From: Halomicronema hongdechloris C2206
Lineage (GTDB): Bacteria; Cyanobacteriota; Cyanobacteriia; Phormidesmidales; Phormidesmidaceae
Direction of reading: 5' to 3'
Assembly (NCBI RefSeq): GCF_002075285.3
Contig: NZ_CP021983.2
Coordinates: 4,770,001 to 4,802,000, forward strand
Length of the DNA stretch: 32,000 nucleotides
In this document: piece after piece, positions 24,665 through 32,000 of the stretch
Numbering within the stretch: the stretch's first letter is position 1
How the letters are laid out: the number at the start of each line of letters is the position of its first letter
The notes under the pieces: model-generated
What the model saw: only the letters and a program-made list of their open reading frames with translations
The model's database searches: none
Told to the model about the DNA's origin: nothing
Translations under genes and position numbers: made by a program

Positions 24665-25264
24665 ATGGCTTACCAACTACCGGCCCTGCCCTACGACTAC
24701 AGTGCCTTAGAACCCTACATTTCTAAGACCACCCTAGAGTTCCATCACGACAAACATCACGCCGCCTATGTGACCAAGTTCAACAATGCGGTAGCGGCAA
24801 CAGAATTAGCCAGCCAGCCCATTGAGCAGGTGATTAAAACTGTGGCCAAAGATCCCACCAAGACAGGGATTTTCAATAATGCCGCCCAAGCCTGGAATCA
24901 TACCTTTTACTGGAACAGCATGACCCCCGGTGGCAGTCAGCCCAGTGGCAAATTAGCCGAGAAAATTGAGACTGATTTCGGCAGTTTTGACCAGTGTGTC
25001 GAGGCCTTTAAAACAGCCGCCGCCACCCAATTTGGCAGCGGCTGGGCCTGGCTGGTGCTAGAGGATGGCCAGCTCAAGGTAACCAAAACGGCCAATGCCG
25101 ACAATCCCCTTACCCATAATCAAGTGCCCCTGTTAACCATGGATGTGTGGGAACACGCCTATTATTTGGATTATCAAAACAGACGGCCCGACTACATCCA
25201 GACCTTTCTACAGCATCTGGTCAATTGGGACTTTGCTGCTGAAAATCTGGCAGCGGCCCAATAA
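24665..25264 (+). CDS. sodB: Iron superoxide dismutase
   Basis: AYQLPALPYDYSALEPYISKTTLEFHHDKHH...AQAWNHTFYW...DVWEHAYYLDYQNRRPDY (Fe/Mn SOD signature; the AQAWNH and FYW context is the Fe type). Confidence 0.95.
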   Translation: MAYQLPALPYDYSALEPYISKTTLEFHHDKHHAAYVTKFNNAVAATELASQPIEQVIKTVAKDPTKTGIFNNAAQAWNHTFYWNSMTPGGSQPSGKLAEKIETDFGSFDQCVEAFKTAAATQFGSGWAWLVLEDGQLKVTKTANADNPLTHNQVPLLTMDVWEHAYYLDYQNRRPDYIQTFLQHLVNWDFAAENLAAAQ

Positions 25265-25269
25265 TTACC

Positions 25270-25500
25270 ATGATTCTAGACCCTGACTATCCCCATATTG
25301 TCCTCACCTTCACCTACCGAGGTTGGTGTATTCAGATCGACCAGGGGGAATGGGACGGCGAGGTCACCTATGGTGCCTGGGCTAATCATGACCAGGGCTG
25401 TGCGGTGGCCGTCCCCTATGCCCGCTCCCGCACCGAGGCCGTGCTGCAAGCCAAGCAATGGGTGAATCGCCGCCTGCAGGGGATGCAGTCGTCCCAGTAA
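25270..25500 (+). CDS. Hypothetical 76-aa protein, probably co-transcribed with sodB
   Basis: The ORF starts 5 nt after the sodB stop and its composition looks protein-like. I recognised no family. Confidence 0.45.
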   Translation: MILDPDYPHIVLTFTYRGWCIQIDQGEWDGEVTYGAWANHDQGCAVAVPYARSRTEAVLQAKQWVNRRLQGMQSSQ

Positions 25501-25582
25501 TGTTAGGGGGCTGGTGCCATCGTCAGGACCAGATTCCGGTAGCCCTTGGCGTACAATAGCTTCGCTGCAGGAGGTCACGACT

Positions 25583-26653
25583 ATGGGCTACTTTCGACCT
25601 GCCATTGAGGCCATGACCGGCTATGTGCCAGGGGAACAGCCGCCGCCGGGGACGCCGGTGATCAAGCTCAACACCAATGAAAATCCCTATCCGCCGTCTC
25701 CCCAGGCCATGGCAGTGCTGCACAGCCTGGATAGTGAGTGGTTGCGGCGCTATCCCGATCCCTATGGCCGTGAGGTGCGCCAGGCCGTGAGTCAGGGGCT
25801 GCAGGTACCAGAAGATTGGGTCATTGTTACCAACGGCAGCGATGATCTGCTCAATATTTTGATTCGGGCCTGTGCCGAAGGCCACAGCCGCCCCGTTGCC
25901 TATCCCACCCCCACCTATGTGCTCTACCGCACTCTGGCGGCCCTGCAACCGGCCCAGGTGATCGAGATCCCCTACCCAGAGAACTATCGACTACCGCTCG
26001 ACGAGCTCGTTGCCGCCCAAGCCGCCGTCACCCTGATCGCCAGCCCCAACAGCCCCTCCGGCCACAGTGTTCCTGTGGTTGATCTGGGCCGACTAGCCCA
26101 GCGGTTGTCGGGGATCTTGGCCATTGACGAAGCCTATGTGGACTTCGCCGACACCTCAGCCCTAGAGTTAGTGCAGCAGCATGCCAATGTTCTGCTGCTG
26201 CGCACCCTATCCAAGGGCTATGGCCTAGCCGGGCTGCGGCTGGGGTTCGGCCTGGCTCAACCGGAGTTAATCGCGGGTCTGTTTAAAGTGAAAGACAGCT
26301 ACACCGTCGATGCCGTGGCCATGGCCGTCGGTGCCGCTGCCCTGCGAGACCAAGCTTATAAGGATCAACGAGCCAAGCAGATCAAGGCCAGCCGCACCCG
26401 CCTAATCCGGGAGCTGCGACGCTTGGGCTTCACCGTCCCCGACTCCCAGGGCAATTTTGTCTTGGCCACCGTTCCTATGGGATCTGCCCAGGCCTTGACC
26501 CAGGCCCTGAAGCAGCGGGGCATTCTAGTGCGATACTTTAACCAACCGGGCCTGGATGACAAGCTGCGGATTACCATTGGCACCGAGGCGCAAAATCAAC
26601 AGTTGCTGGAGATCTTGCAGGCATTGTTGGCCAATGCCCATTCCCTCAATTGA
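25583..26653 (+). CDS. hisC: Histidinol-phosphate aminotransferase
   Basis: IKLNTNENPYPPS, the PDP motif, the LRTLSKGYGLAGLRLG PLP-lysine motif and LRITIGT. The start is set at MGYFRPAIE; the track ORF begins 23 codons earlier. Confidence 0.92.
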   Translation: MGYFRPAIEAMTGYVPGEQPPPGTPVIKLNTNENPYPPSPQAMAVLHSLDSEWLRRYPDPYGREVRQAVSQGLQVPEDWVIVTNGSDDLLNILIRACAEGHSRPVAYPTPTYVLYRTLAALQPAQVIEIPYPENYRLPLDELVAAQAAVTLIASPNSPSGHSVPVVDLGRLAQRLSGILAIDEAYVDFADTSALELVQQHANVLLLRTLSKGYGLAGLRLGFGLAQPELIAGLFKVKDSYTVDAVAMAVGAAALRDQAYKDQRAKQIKASRTRLIRELRRLGFTVPDSQGNFVLATVPMGSAQALTQALKQRGILVRYFNQPGLDDKLRITIGTEAQNQQLLEILQALLANAHSLN

Positions 26654-26714
26654 CGCGATTCCCTATTTATAGCGTTGGCCAGTCAGCTGAGGACATAGCT
26701 GATCGCCCAATAGC

Positions 26715-27704
26715 CTAGCCTAGGAAGGCTGACTGGCTCGCCACCGCACACAGCATGATGGCGGTGGCTATAACGACAGGGGCGCGAGCGGCTTCCCATC
26801 CCAGTAGAGCAGCCTTGCGATCTAGGCCCCAGCGGTAGCCTCCCAAGGCCCCCGATTCTCGAATCACCCGATGGCAGGGAATCAAATAGGCAATGGGGTT
26901 GCGACCGATGGCACTGCCCACGGCCTGGCAAGCGGTGGGGCGACCGATGAGGGCGGCCACGGTGCCATAGGTCACTAGCCCTCCCGGCGGAATCTGCAGC
27001 AAGGCTTGCCACACCTGCACTTGGAAGTTGGTGCCCCGTACCAGCAGCGGCAGGGGACGGGGGAGAGACGAATGGTCATCGGGGGGGCGATGGCCCTTCA
27101 GGGCTGCTCCAGCCCCTCTAGGATGGCTTAGCCGACCATCGCCTCCCCAGGGAATCTGGCTCCAGCAGAGCCTGACTGCATCATCGTCTCGAATCAGAGT
27201 TGCCTGGGGCCAAGCCTGGCCCAGACCAGCCACGGCCTGGGTCACCTCATCAGCGAACTGGAGATGGCAAATCCCCCGGTCCGTGATCCCCATCAAGGCT
27301 AAGCCCACAGGCGTGGCATGCATACCGTAGTAAATCTGTAACCCCTGGCCCTTACCCTTGGCCTCACCCGGGGTCATGGCCTGCAGCGTCACAAACAGAT
27401 CGTGGAGTCGGCCTGGCCCCGACAGCCCCACCTCCTGGCTCAGGTGTAACAGGCTCTGGGTGTTAGCCAGGCGAGCCTTAGCGGCTTCCAGGGTGAGGCA
27501 GCGCAGAAACCGCTTGGGACTGAGCCCGACCCAGCGAGTGAAGAGCCGCTGAAAGTGATACTCGCTCAAGTTGACCTGGGCAGCAATGGTGGCTAGATCA
27601 GGCTGTTCATGGCGATGCTCGACCATGAAGTGAATAGCCCGGGCCATGGCAGCATAGGTATCTGAGTGGGTGGCTGTGGAGTCGTCCGTGAGTTCAGTGA
27701 CCAT
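26715..27704 (-). CDS. AraC-type HTH regulator fused to methylated-DNA-protein-cysteine methyltransferase (Ada/Ogt-like)
   Basis: AraC HTH (LATIAAQVNLSEYHFQRLFTRWVGLSPKRFL) followed by an MGMT domain with active site IPCHRV and TYG..A. The start is set at MVTELTDD. Confidence 0.88.
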   Translation of the reverse strand: MVTELTDDSTATHSDTYAAMARAIHFMVEHRHEQPDLATIAAQVNLSEYHFQRLFTRWVGLSPKRFLRCLTLEAAKARLANTQSLLHLSQEVGLSGPGRLHDLFVTLQAMTPGEAKGKGQGLQIYYGMHATPVGLALMGITDRGICHLQFADEVTQAVAGLGQAWPQATLIRDDDAVRLCWSQIPWGGDGRLSHPRGAGAALKGHRPPDDHSSLPRPLPLLVRGTNFQVQVWQALLQIPPGGLVTYGTVAALIGRPTACQAVGSAIGRNPIAYLIPCHRVIRESGALGGYRWGLDRKAALLGWEAARAPVVIATAIMLCAVASQSAFLG

Positions 27705-27864
27705 AAGGGTTGCAAGAACCGATGGCTTTACTTTACCTAGGCCATCACCACGACACCACCCGATTCTTGCCAAGTGTGTTCTCCCCATTTCCCCCTTCAA
27801 CCCCTTCAACTTCTTCCTCTGAGACCACGAGCTTGTGTGTTACACTGATGAATCGTGGATAGGC

Positions 27865-27946
27865 GGGTCGGTGCCCGAGTGGTTAATGGGGGCGGACTGT
27901 AAATCCGCTGGCTATGCCTACGCTGGTTCGAATCCAGCCCGGCCCA
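27865..27946 (+). tRNA. tRNA-Tyr (anticodon GTA), class II with a long variable arm
   Basis: Acceptor GGGTCGG/CCGGCCC, anticodon stem GCGGA/TCCGC with loop CTGTAAA, variable-arm GGC-tat-GCC and T-arm GCTGG-TTCGAAT-CCAGC. CCA is not encoded. Confidence 0.93.
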
Positions 27947-27957
27947 TCCACATCGCT

Positions 27958-28029
27958 GCCCATGTAGCTCAGTGGTAGAGCACACCCTTGGTAAGGGTGA
28001 GGTCACGAGTTCAATCCTCGTCATGGGCT
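27958..28029 (+). tRNA. tRNA-Thr (anticodon GGT)
   Basis: Acceptor GCCCATG/CATGGGC, D-arm GCTC-AGTGGTA-GAGC, anticodon stem CACCC/GGGTG with loop TTGGTAA, and T-arm ACGAG-TTCAATC-CTCGT. Confidence 0.93.
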
Positions 28030-28072
28030 CTGGATTCAACCATCCTCTGAGTCAGATAAACCGGATATCGGA

Positions 28073-29086
28073 TCAGGAGACGGAGGTCATGGCCGGGGAG
28101 TATTGGTAGTACTCGCAGTACCAGCGGACGAATCGCTCGATGCCGGCTTCGATGGGGGTGTTGGGCTGAAAGCCGACGGCTCGCATCAGATCGTCCACAT
28201 CGGCGTAGGTGGTGGGTACATCTCCCGGTTGCATCGGCTTCATGATTTTTTGGGCGGGCTTGCCCATGGCGGCTTCAATCACCTCAATGAAGCGAAGTAG
28301 CTCTACGGGTTGATGATTGCCGATGTTATAGACCTGGTAAGGGGCTCGGCTGTTGAGGCTGTCGGCGGCGATGGGGGGTGGGGGGGTGCCCATGACTCGC
28401 ACCACGCCTTCGACGACGTCGTCGATATAGGTGAAATCCCGCTGCATCTGGCCGTGATTATAAACTTCGATGGGGTGTCCCTTTGCGATCGCATCCACAA
28501 ACTTGAAATAGGCCATATCGGGCCGACCCCAAGGGCCATAGACCGTGAAGAAGCGCAGGCCTGTGGTGGGGATCTGGTAGAGATGACTGTAGGCATGGGC
28601 CATCAGCTCATTGGCCTTTTTGGTAGCGGCATAGAGCGAGACCGGGTGATCTACGGCATCGCTGACGGAGAAGGGCACCTTGCGATTGGCCCCGTAGATG
28701 GAACTGGACGAGGCATAGACCAGGTGCGCCACCTGCCCGTGGCGGCAGCCCTCCAGGATATTCAAAAACCCTGAGAGATTGCTGTCGCCGTAGGCAAAGG
28801 GATTACTGAGGGAATAGCGCACCCCGGCTTGGGCGGCCATGTGCAAGACATAGTCGAAGGACTGGGTCTGGAATAACTGCTGCATGCCTTCGCGGTTGGC
28901 TAGGTCCAGCTTTTCAAAGGTAAAGCCGGGATAGGGGGTGAGCTGGGCGATGCGATCGCGCTTGAGCCGCACATCGTAGTAATCATTGAGATTATCGATG
29001 CCATACACCTGCACTCCATCTGCCAGTAACCGTTGGGCTAAGAAAAATCCGATAAACCCCGCTACCCCAGTCACCAATACTTGCAT
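28073..29086 (-). CDS. NAD-dependent sugar-nucleotide epimerase (UDP-glucuronate 4-epimerase-like SDR)
   Basis: VLVTGVAGFIGFFLAQRLL (GxxGxxG), the IDNLNDYYD motif, the catalytic YAATK motif and an extended-SDR C-terminus. Confidence 0.88.
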   Translation of the reverse strand: MQVLVTGVAGFIGFFLAQRLLADGVQVYGIDNLNDYYDVRLKRDRIAQLTPYPGFTFEKLDLANREGMQQLFQTQSFDYVLHMAAQAGVRYSLSNPFAYGDSNLSGFLNILEGCRHGQVAHLVYASSSSIYGANRKVPFSVSDAVDHPVSLYAATKKANELMAHAYSHLYQIPTTGLRFFTVYGPWGRPDMAYFKFVDAIAKGHPIEVYNHGQMQRDFTYIDDVVEGVVRVMGTPPPPIAADSLNSRAPYQVYNIGNHQPVELLRFIEVIEAAMGKPAQKIMKPMQPGDVPTTYADVDDLMRAVGFQPNTPIEAGIERFVRWYCEYYQYSPAMTSVS

Positions 29087-29552
29087 ATCTGCAGTTGCCC
29101 CTTGTCATGCCAACTTCTACCACAGCTTACTTCCTGAAGCAGTTTCCCCAGGCAGCTCCTGCCTACTATAGGCTAGGCGCTTAGCTCTAAGCTCATCCTG
29201 CCAGTAGCTTCATAAACTCTTGACTCTCAGCATTCAGATTATCAGCCCAGCCACTGACTGAATAAACGGGTGTTCACAAAGTCCTGGTCGTCCTTCCTGG
29301 ACTCAATAGATCACCGTTTTCATGGGGGATTCTTCAACAGTGCGAGGATGCCATAGCCGCATGATTCCTACTACAGAATTCAGCCGTTTGCACAGACATC
29401 TTTCAGATAGGACACGCCTAGATCCTCAGCCGATGAATAATAGCCGAACGTCTGCCGCAGTCTACTAGGATCGCCTTTCAATATCAGTGCTACGATCAAT
29501 GCGACACAAAACGACAAAACGCAAAAAGACGCGAAGAAGGACGTAGCAGTAC

Positions 29553-31715
29553 ATGCAAGAAATTGAGAGGTTGATATCCTTCGATGGGCGGGATATTCGA
29601 CTCACGATTGGTTTACTGGCACCTCAGGCTGGTGGTTCGGTATTAATGCAAGCGGGTGACACCGCCGTTCTAGTCACCGCCACCCGCTCTTCAGGCCGAG
29701 AGGGAATTGATTTTCTACCCCTATTAGTCGACTACGAAGAACGGCTCTATGCCGCTGGTCGGATTCCAGGTGGTTTTCTGCGCCGGGAAGGGCGCCCTCC
29801 CGAGCGGGCGACTTTGGTCAGTCGCCTAATCGATCGTCCCATGCGCCCCCTGTTTCCCCAATGGTTGCGGGACGACATCCAGATCGTGGCGACCACCCTG
29901 TCGATGGATGAACAAGTCCCCCCAGATGTATTGGCCGCCACTGGTGCATCGGTGGCCGTGCTCATGGCCCAGATTCCATTCAATGGTCCTATGGCAGCTG
30001 TGCGGGTGGGCTTGATGGGCGACGACTTCATCATCAACCCCACTTACCATGAGATGGAGAACGGCGATCTTGATCTGGTCATTGCCGGCTCTCCTGATGG
30101 TGTGATCATGGTGGAGGCGGGAGCCAATCAGCTGCCGGAGCAGGACGTCATCGAAGCCATCGACTTTGGTTACGAAGTGGTCCAAGACATCATCAAAACT
30201 CAACAGAGTTGGTTGGATGAGTTGGGCCTCGAGATCGTCAAGGAAGCCCCTCCGGAACCGGCTCCTGAATTAGAGAACTACCTCAGCGAGAAGGCTACGG
30301 CCCCCATCAAAGAGGTGCTGAAACAGTTTGATCTCACCAAGACCGAGCGAGATAACAAACTCGATGCCATTAAGGATGACATTGCCGCCACCATTGAGGA
30401 GCTACCCGAGGATGATCCGGTCCGGGAAGCGGTGACTATCAATGCCAAAGCCCTGGGCAACACCTACAAGACTGTGACCAAGAAGTTGATGCGCCAGCAG
30501 ATTGTCGAAGAAGGGGTGCGGGTTGACGGGCGTAAGTTGGACGAAGTCCGCCCGATCCGTTGCCAGGTAGGGCTGTTACCGCGACGAGTCCATGGCAGCG
30601 GTCTGTTTCAGCGAGGATTAACTCAGGTGTTATCCATTGCCACCCTAGGAACCCCTGGGGATGCCCAGATGATGGATGATTTACACCCCGAGGAAGAAAA
30701 GCGGTATCTGCACCATTACAACTTCCCTCCCTATTCTGTCGGCGAAACCCGCCCCATGCGGTCCCCAGGACGGCGTGAAATCGGCCACGGGGCCTTAGCT
30801 GAGCGGGCGTTGGTGCCTATATTGCCGCCCCAGGAAGATTTCTCCTATGTGATTCGGGTCGTTTCAGAGGTGCTGTCGTCCAATGGCTCGACTTCCATGG
30901 GGTCAGTGTGTGGTTCAACCCTAGCTCTTATGGACGCTGGGGTTCCCATTAGCAAGCCTGTCAGCGGGGCAGCTATGGGCCTGATCAAAGAAGGAGATGA
31001 GGTCCGCATTCTCACCGACATTCAGGGCATCGAAGACTTCTTAGGGGATATGGATTTCAAGGTGGCCGGCACCGACAGCGGCATCACGGCCCTGCAGATG
31101 GATATGAAGATCACCGGACTATCGGTGGATATCATTGCCAATGCCATTCAGCAGGCCCGCCCAGCCCGGCTGCACATCTTAGAGAAGATGTTGGAGGCCA
31201 TCGATAAGCCCCGCACTGAACTATCGCCCTTTGCGCCTCGACTGATCTCCTTCAAGATCGATCCGGAGCAAATTGGGGCGGTGATCGGTCCCGGTGGTAA
31301 GAAAATCAAGGGCATCACCGAAGAGACCGGGGCTAAGGTAGACATTGCCGACGATGGTACGGTTACGGTCTCTGCCCTTGAGTCTGAGAAAGCCTTGAAG
31401 GCGAAAGCCCTGATTGAGGCGATTACCCATCGACCTTCGGCGGGAGATGTCTACGCCGGTAAGGTCACCCGCGTCATTCCCATTGGGGCCTTTGTTGAAT
31501 TTATGCCTGGCCAGGAAGGCATGATTCATATTTCCCAATTGGCTGACTATCGGGTCAAGAAGGTAGAGGACGAGGTGAACGTCGGTGATGATGTCATCGT
31601 CAAAGTACGCGAGATCGATAGCCGTGGTCGCATCAACCTCACTCGCCCCTCAACATCCACCCCGATGAGGCGGCGGCGGCTCGGACGGCTGCCGCTACCC
31701 TGCAGTAGGCAGTAG
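29553..31715 (+). CDS. pnp: Polynucleotide phosphorylase; the 3' end is probably frameshifted
   Basis: Two RNase PH domains (GRDIRLTIG..., [14 protein letters not shown]...), KH ([20 protein letters not shown]) and S1 ([20 protein letters not shown]). The last 22 residues, from the C-run at 31646-31649 onward, look out of frame. Confidence 0.93.
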   Translation: MQEIERLISFDGRDIRLTIGLLAPQAGGSVLMQAGDTAVLVTATRSSGREGIDFLPLLVDYEERLYAAGRIPGGFLRREGRPPERATLVSRLIDRPMRPLFPQWLRDDIQIVATTLSMDEQVPPDVLAATGASVAVLMAQIPFNGPMAAVRVGLMGDDFIINPTYHEMENGDLDLVIAGSPDGVIMVEAGANQLPEQDVIEAIDFGYEVVQDIIKTQQSWLDELGLEIVKEAPPEPAPELENYLSEKATAPIKEVLKQFDLTKTERDNKLDAIKDDIAATIEELPEDDPVREAVTINAKALGNTYKTVTKKLMRQQIVEEGVRVDGRKLDEVRPIRCQVGLLPRRVHGSGLFQRGLTQVLSIATLGTPGDAQMMDDLHPEEEKRYLHHYNFPPYSVGETRPMRSPGRREIGHGALAERALVPILPPQEDFSYVIRVVSEVLSSNGSTSMGSVCGSTLALMDAGVPISKPVSGAAMGLIKEGDEVRILTDIQGIEDFLGDMDFKVAGTDSGITALQMDMKITGLSVDIIANAIQQARPARLHILEKMLEAIDKPRTELSPFAPRLISFKIDPEQIGAVIGPGGKKIKGITEETGAKVDIADDGTVTVSALESEKALKAKALIEAITHRPSAGDVYAGKVTRVIPIGAFVEFMPGQEGMIHISQLADYRVKKVEDEVNVGDDVIVKVREIDSRGRINLTRPSTSTPMRRRRLGRLPLPCSRQ

Positions 31716-31884
31716 GAGAATCGATGAGTAGGGGGAGGGGGAGAGTAAGGGAGATCAAACGGGAAAAGGCCCATTTCTCCCCTCTACCCCCCATCCACCT
31801 ACCCTTTTCCCGCCAATAATTTCGTAGCACCGCCCATCCTCTGACAGTAGCTCTAAGTCCGCAATTTGCCACTCCGCTGTTTTG

Positions 31885-31998
31885 CTATGGCGTCTGATTT
31901 AGAAGCTCCCTGAGCCAGGCATTATCCTCTGGAGCCATCGCCGGAACAGGGCTTTGTTCATAATCCAGCACCAGGTCTCGCTTATACAAATAAGCATC
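31885..31998 (-). CDS. Possible 3' end of a minus-strand gene that runs out of the window
   Basis: An open frame from the window edge reads DAYLYKRDLVLDYEQSPVPAMAPEDNAWLRELLNQTP*. Only 37 codons are visible and I recognised no family. Confidence 0.2.
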   Translation of the reverse strand, partial: DAYLYKRDLVLDYEQSPVPAMAPEDNAWLRELLNQTP

Positions 31999-32000
31999 AC

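Noticed and set aside
27806-28039. 77-aa ORF on the minus strand
   Set aside because: It lies entirely antisense to tRNA-Tyr and tRNA-Thr and is an artefact of the structured GC-rich tRNA sequence.
31716-31830. G-rich GGGGAGAGGGG / GGTGGATGGGG motifs downstream of pnp, with related tracts at 10801-10840 and 12745-12790, considered as a dispersed repeat family or G-quadruplex sites
   Set aside because: The similarity is short and low-complexity. It could simply reflect purine-rich spacer composition. Without genome-wide counts I cannot tell a repeat family from chance.

Overview
High-GC cyanobacterial chromosomal segment. The taxon call rests on frequent HIP1 octamers (GCGATCGC at 489-496, 1878-1885, 1912-1919 and 15123-15130), STRR-like heptamer arrays and a split DnaE intein. 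Most of the window is housekeeping. It holds the uvrB 3' end, a GT2 glycosyltransferase, a divergent TetR regulator with a HlyD/ABC-2 efflux operon (same gene content and order as E. coli ybhGFSR), and a decayed IS/pseudogene islet. It also holds a MerR regulator, a pentapeptide protein, gap, alkB, dnaE, uvrA, a membrane class III adenylate cyclase, sodB, hisC, an AraC-Ogt fusion, tRNA-Tyr and tRNA-Thr, an NAD-dependent sugar epimerase and pnp. The stand-out is at the window centre. The two halves of the naturally split dnaE gene (N-extein+IntN and IntC+C-extein) lie in cis on the same strand, in N-to-C order, only 1121 bp apart. Three co-directional ORFs sit between them: a PD-(D/E)xK nuclease-like gene, a DUF433 antitoxin-like gene, and a DUF5615 toxin gene cut off exactly at the IntC start. 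This resembles the 'fractured gene' arrangement (split intein plus free-standing nuclease) known from phage and metagenomic data, whereas cyanobacterial dnaE halves are classically reported at distant loci. Secondary observations: a roughly 150-nt structured repeat present twice in sense orientation between co-directional genes, with a compensatory stem change; several heptamer arrays directly upstream of start codons; a palindrome and direct-repeat cluster upstream of sodB; a probable frameshift in the pnp 3' end; and frameshifted DUF4160 and ISAs1 remnants. All homology calls come from reading the translations by eye. No database search was run.
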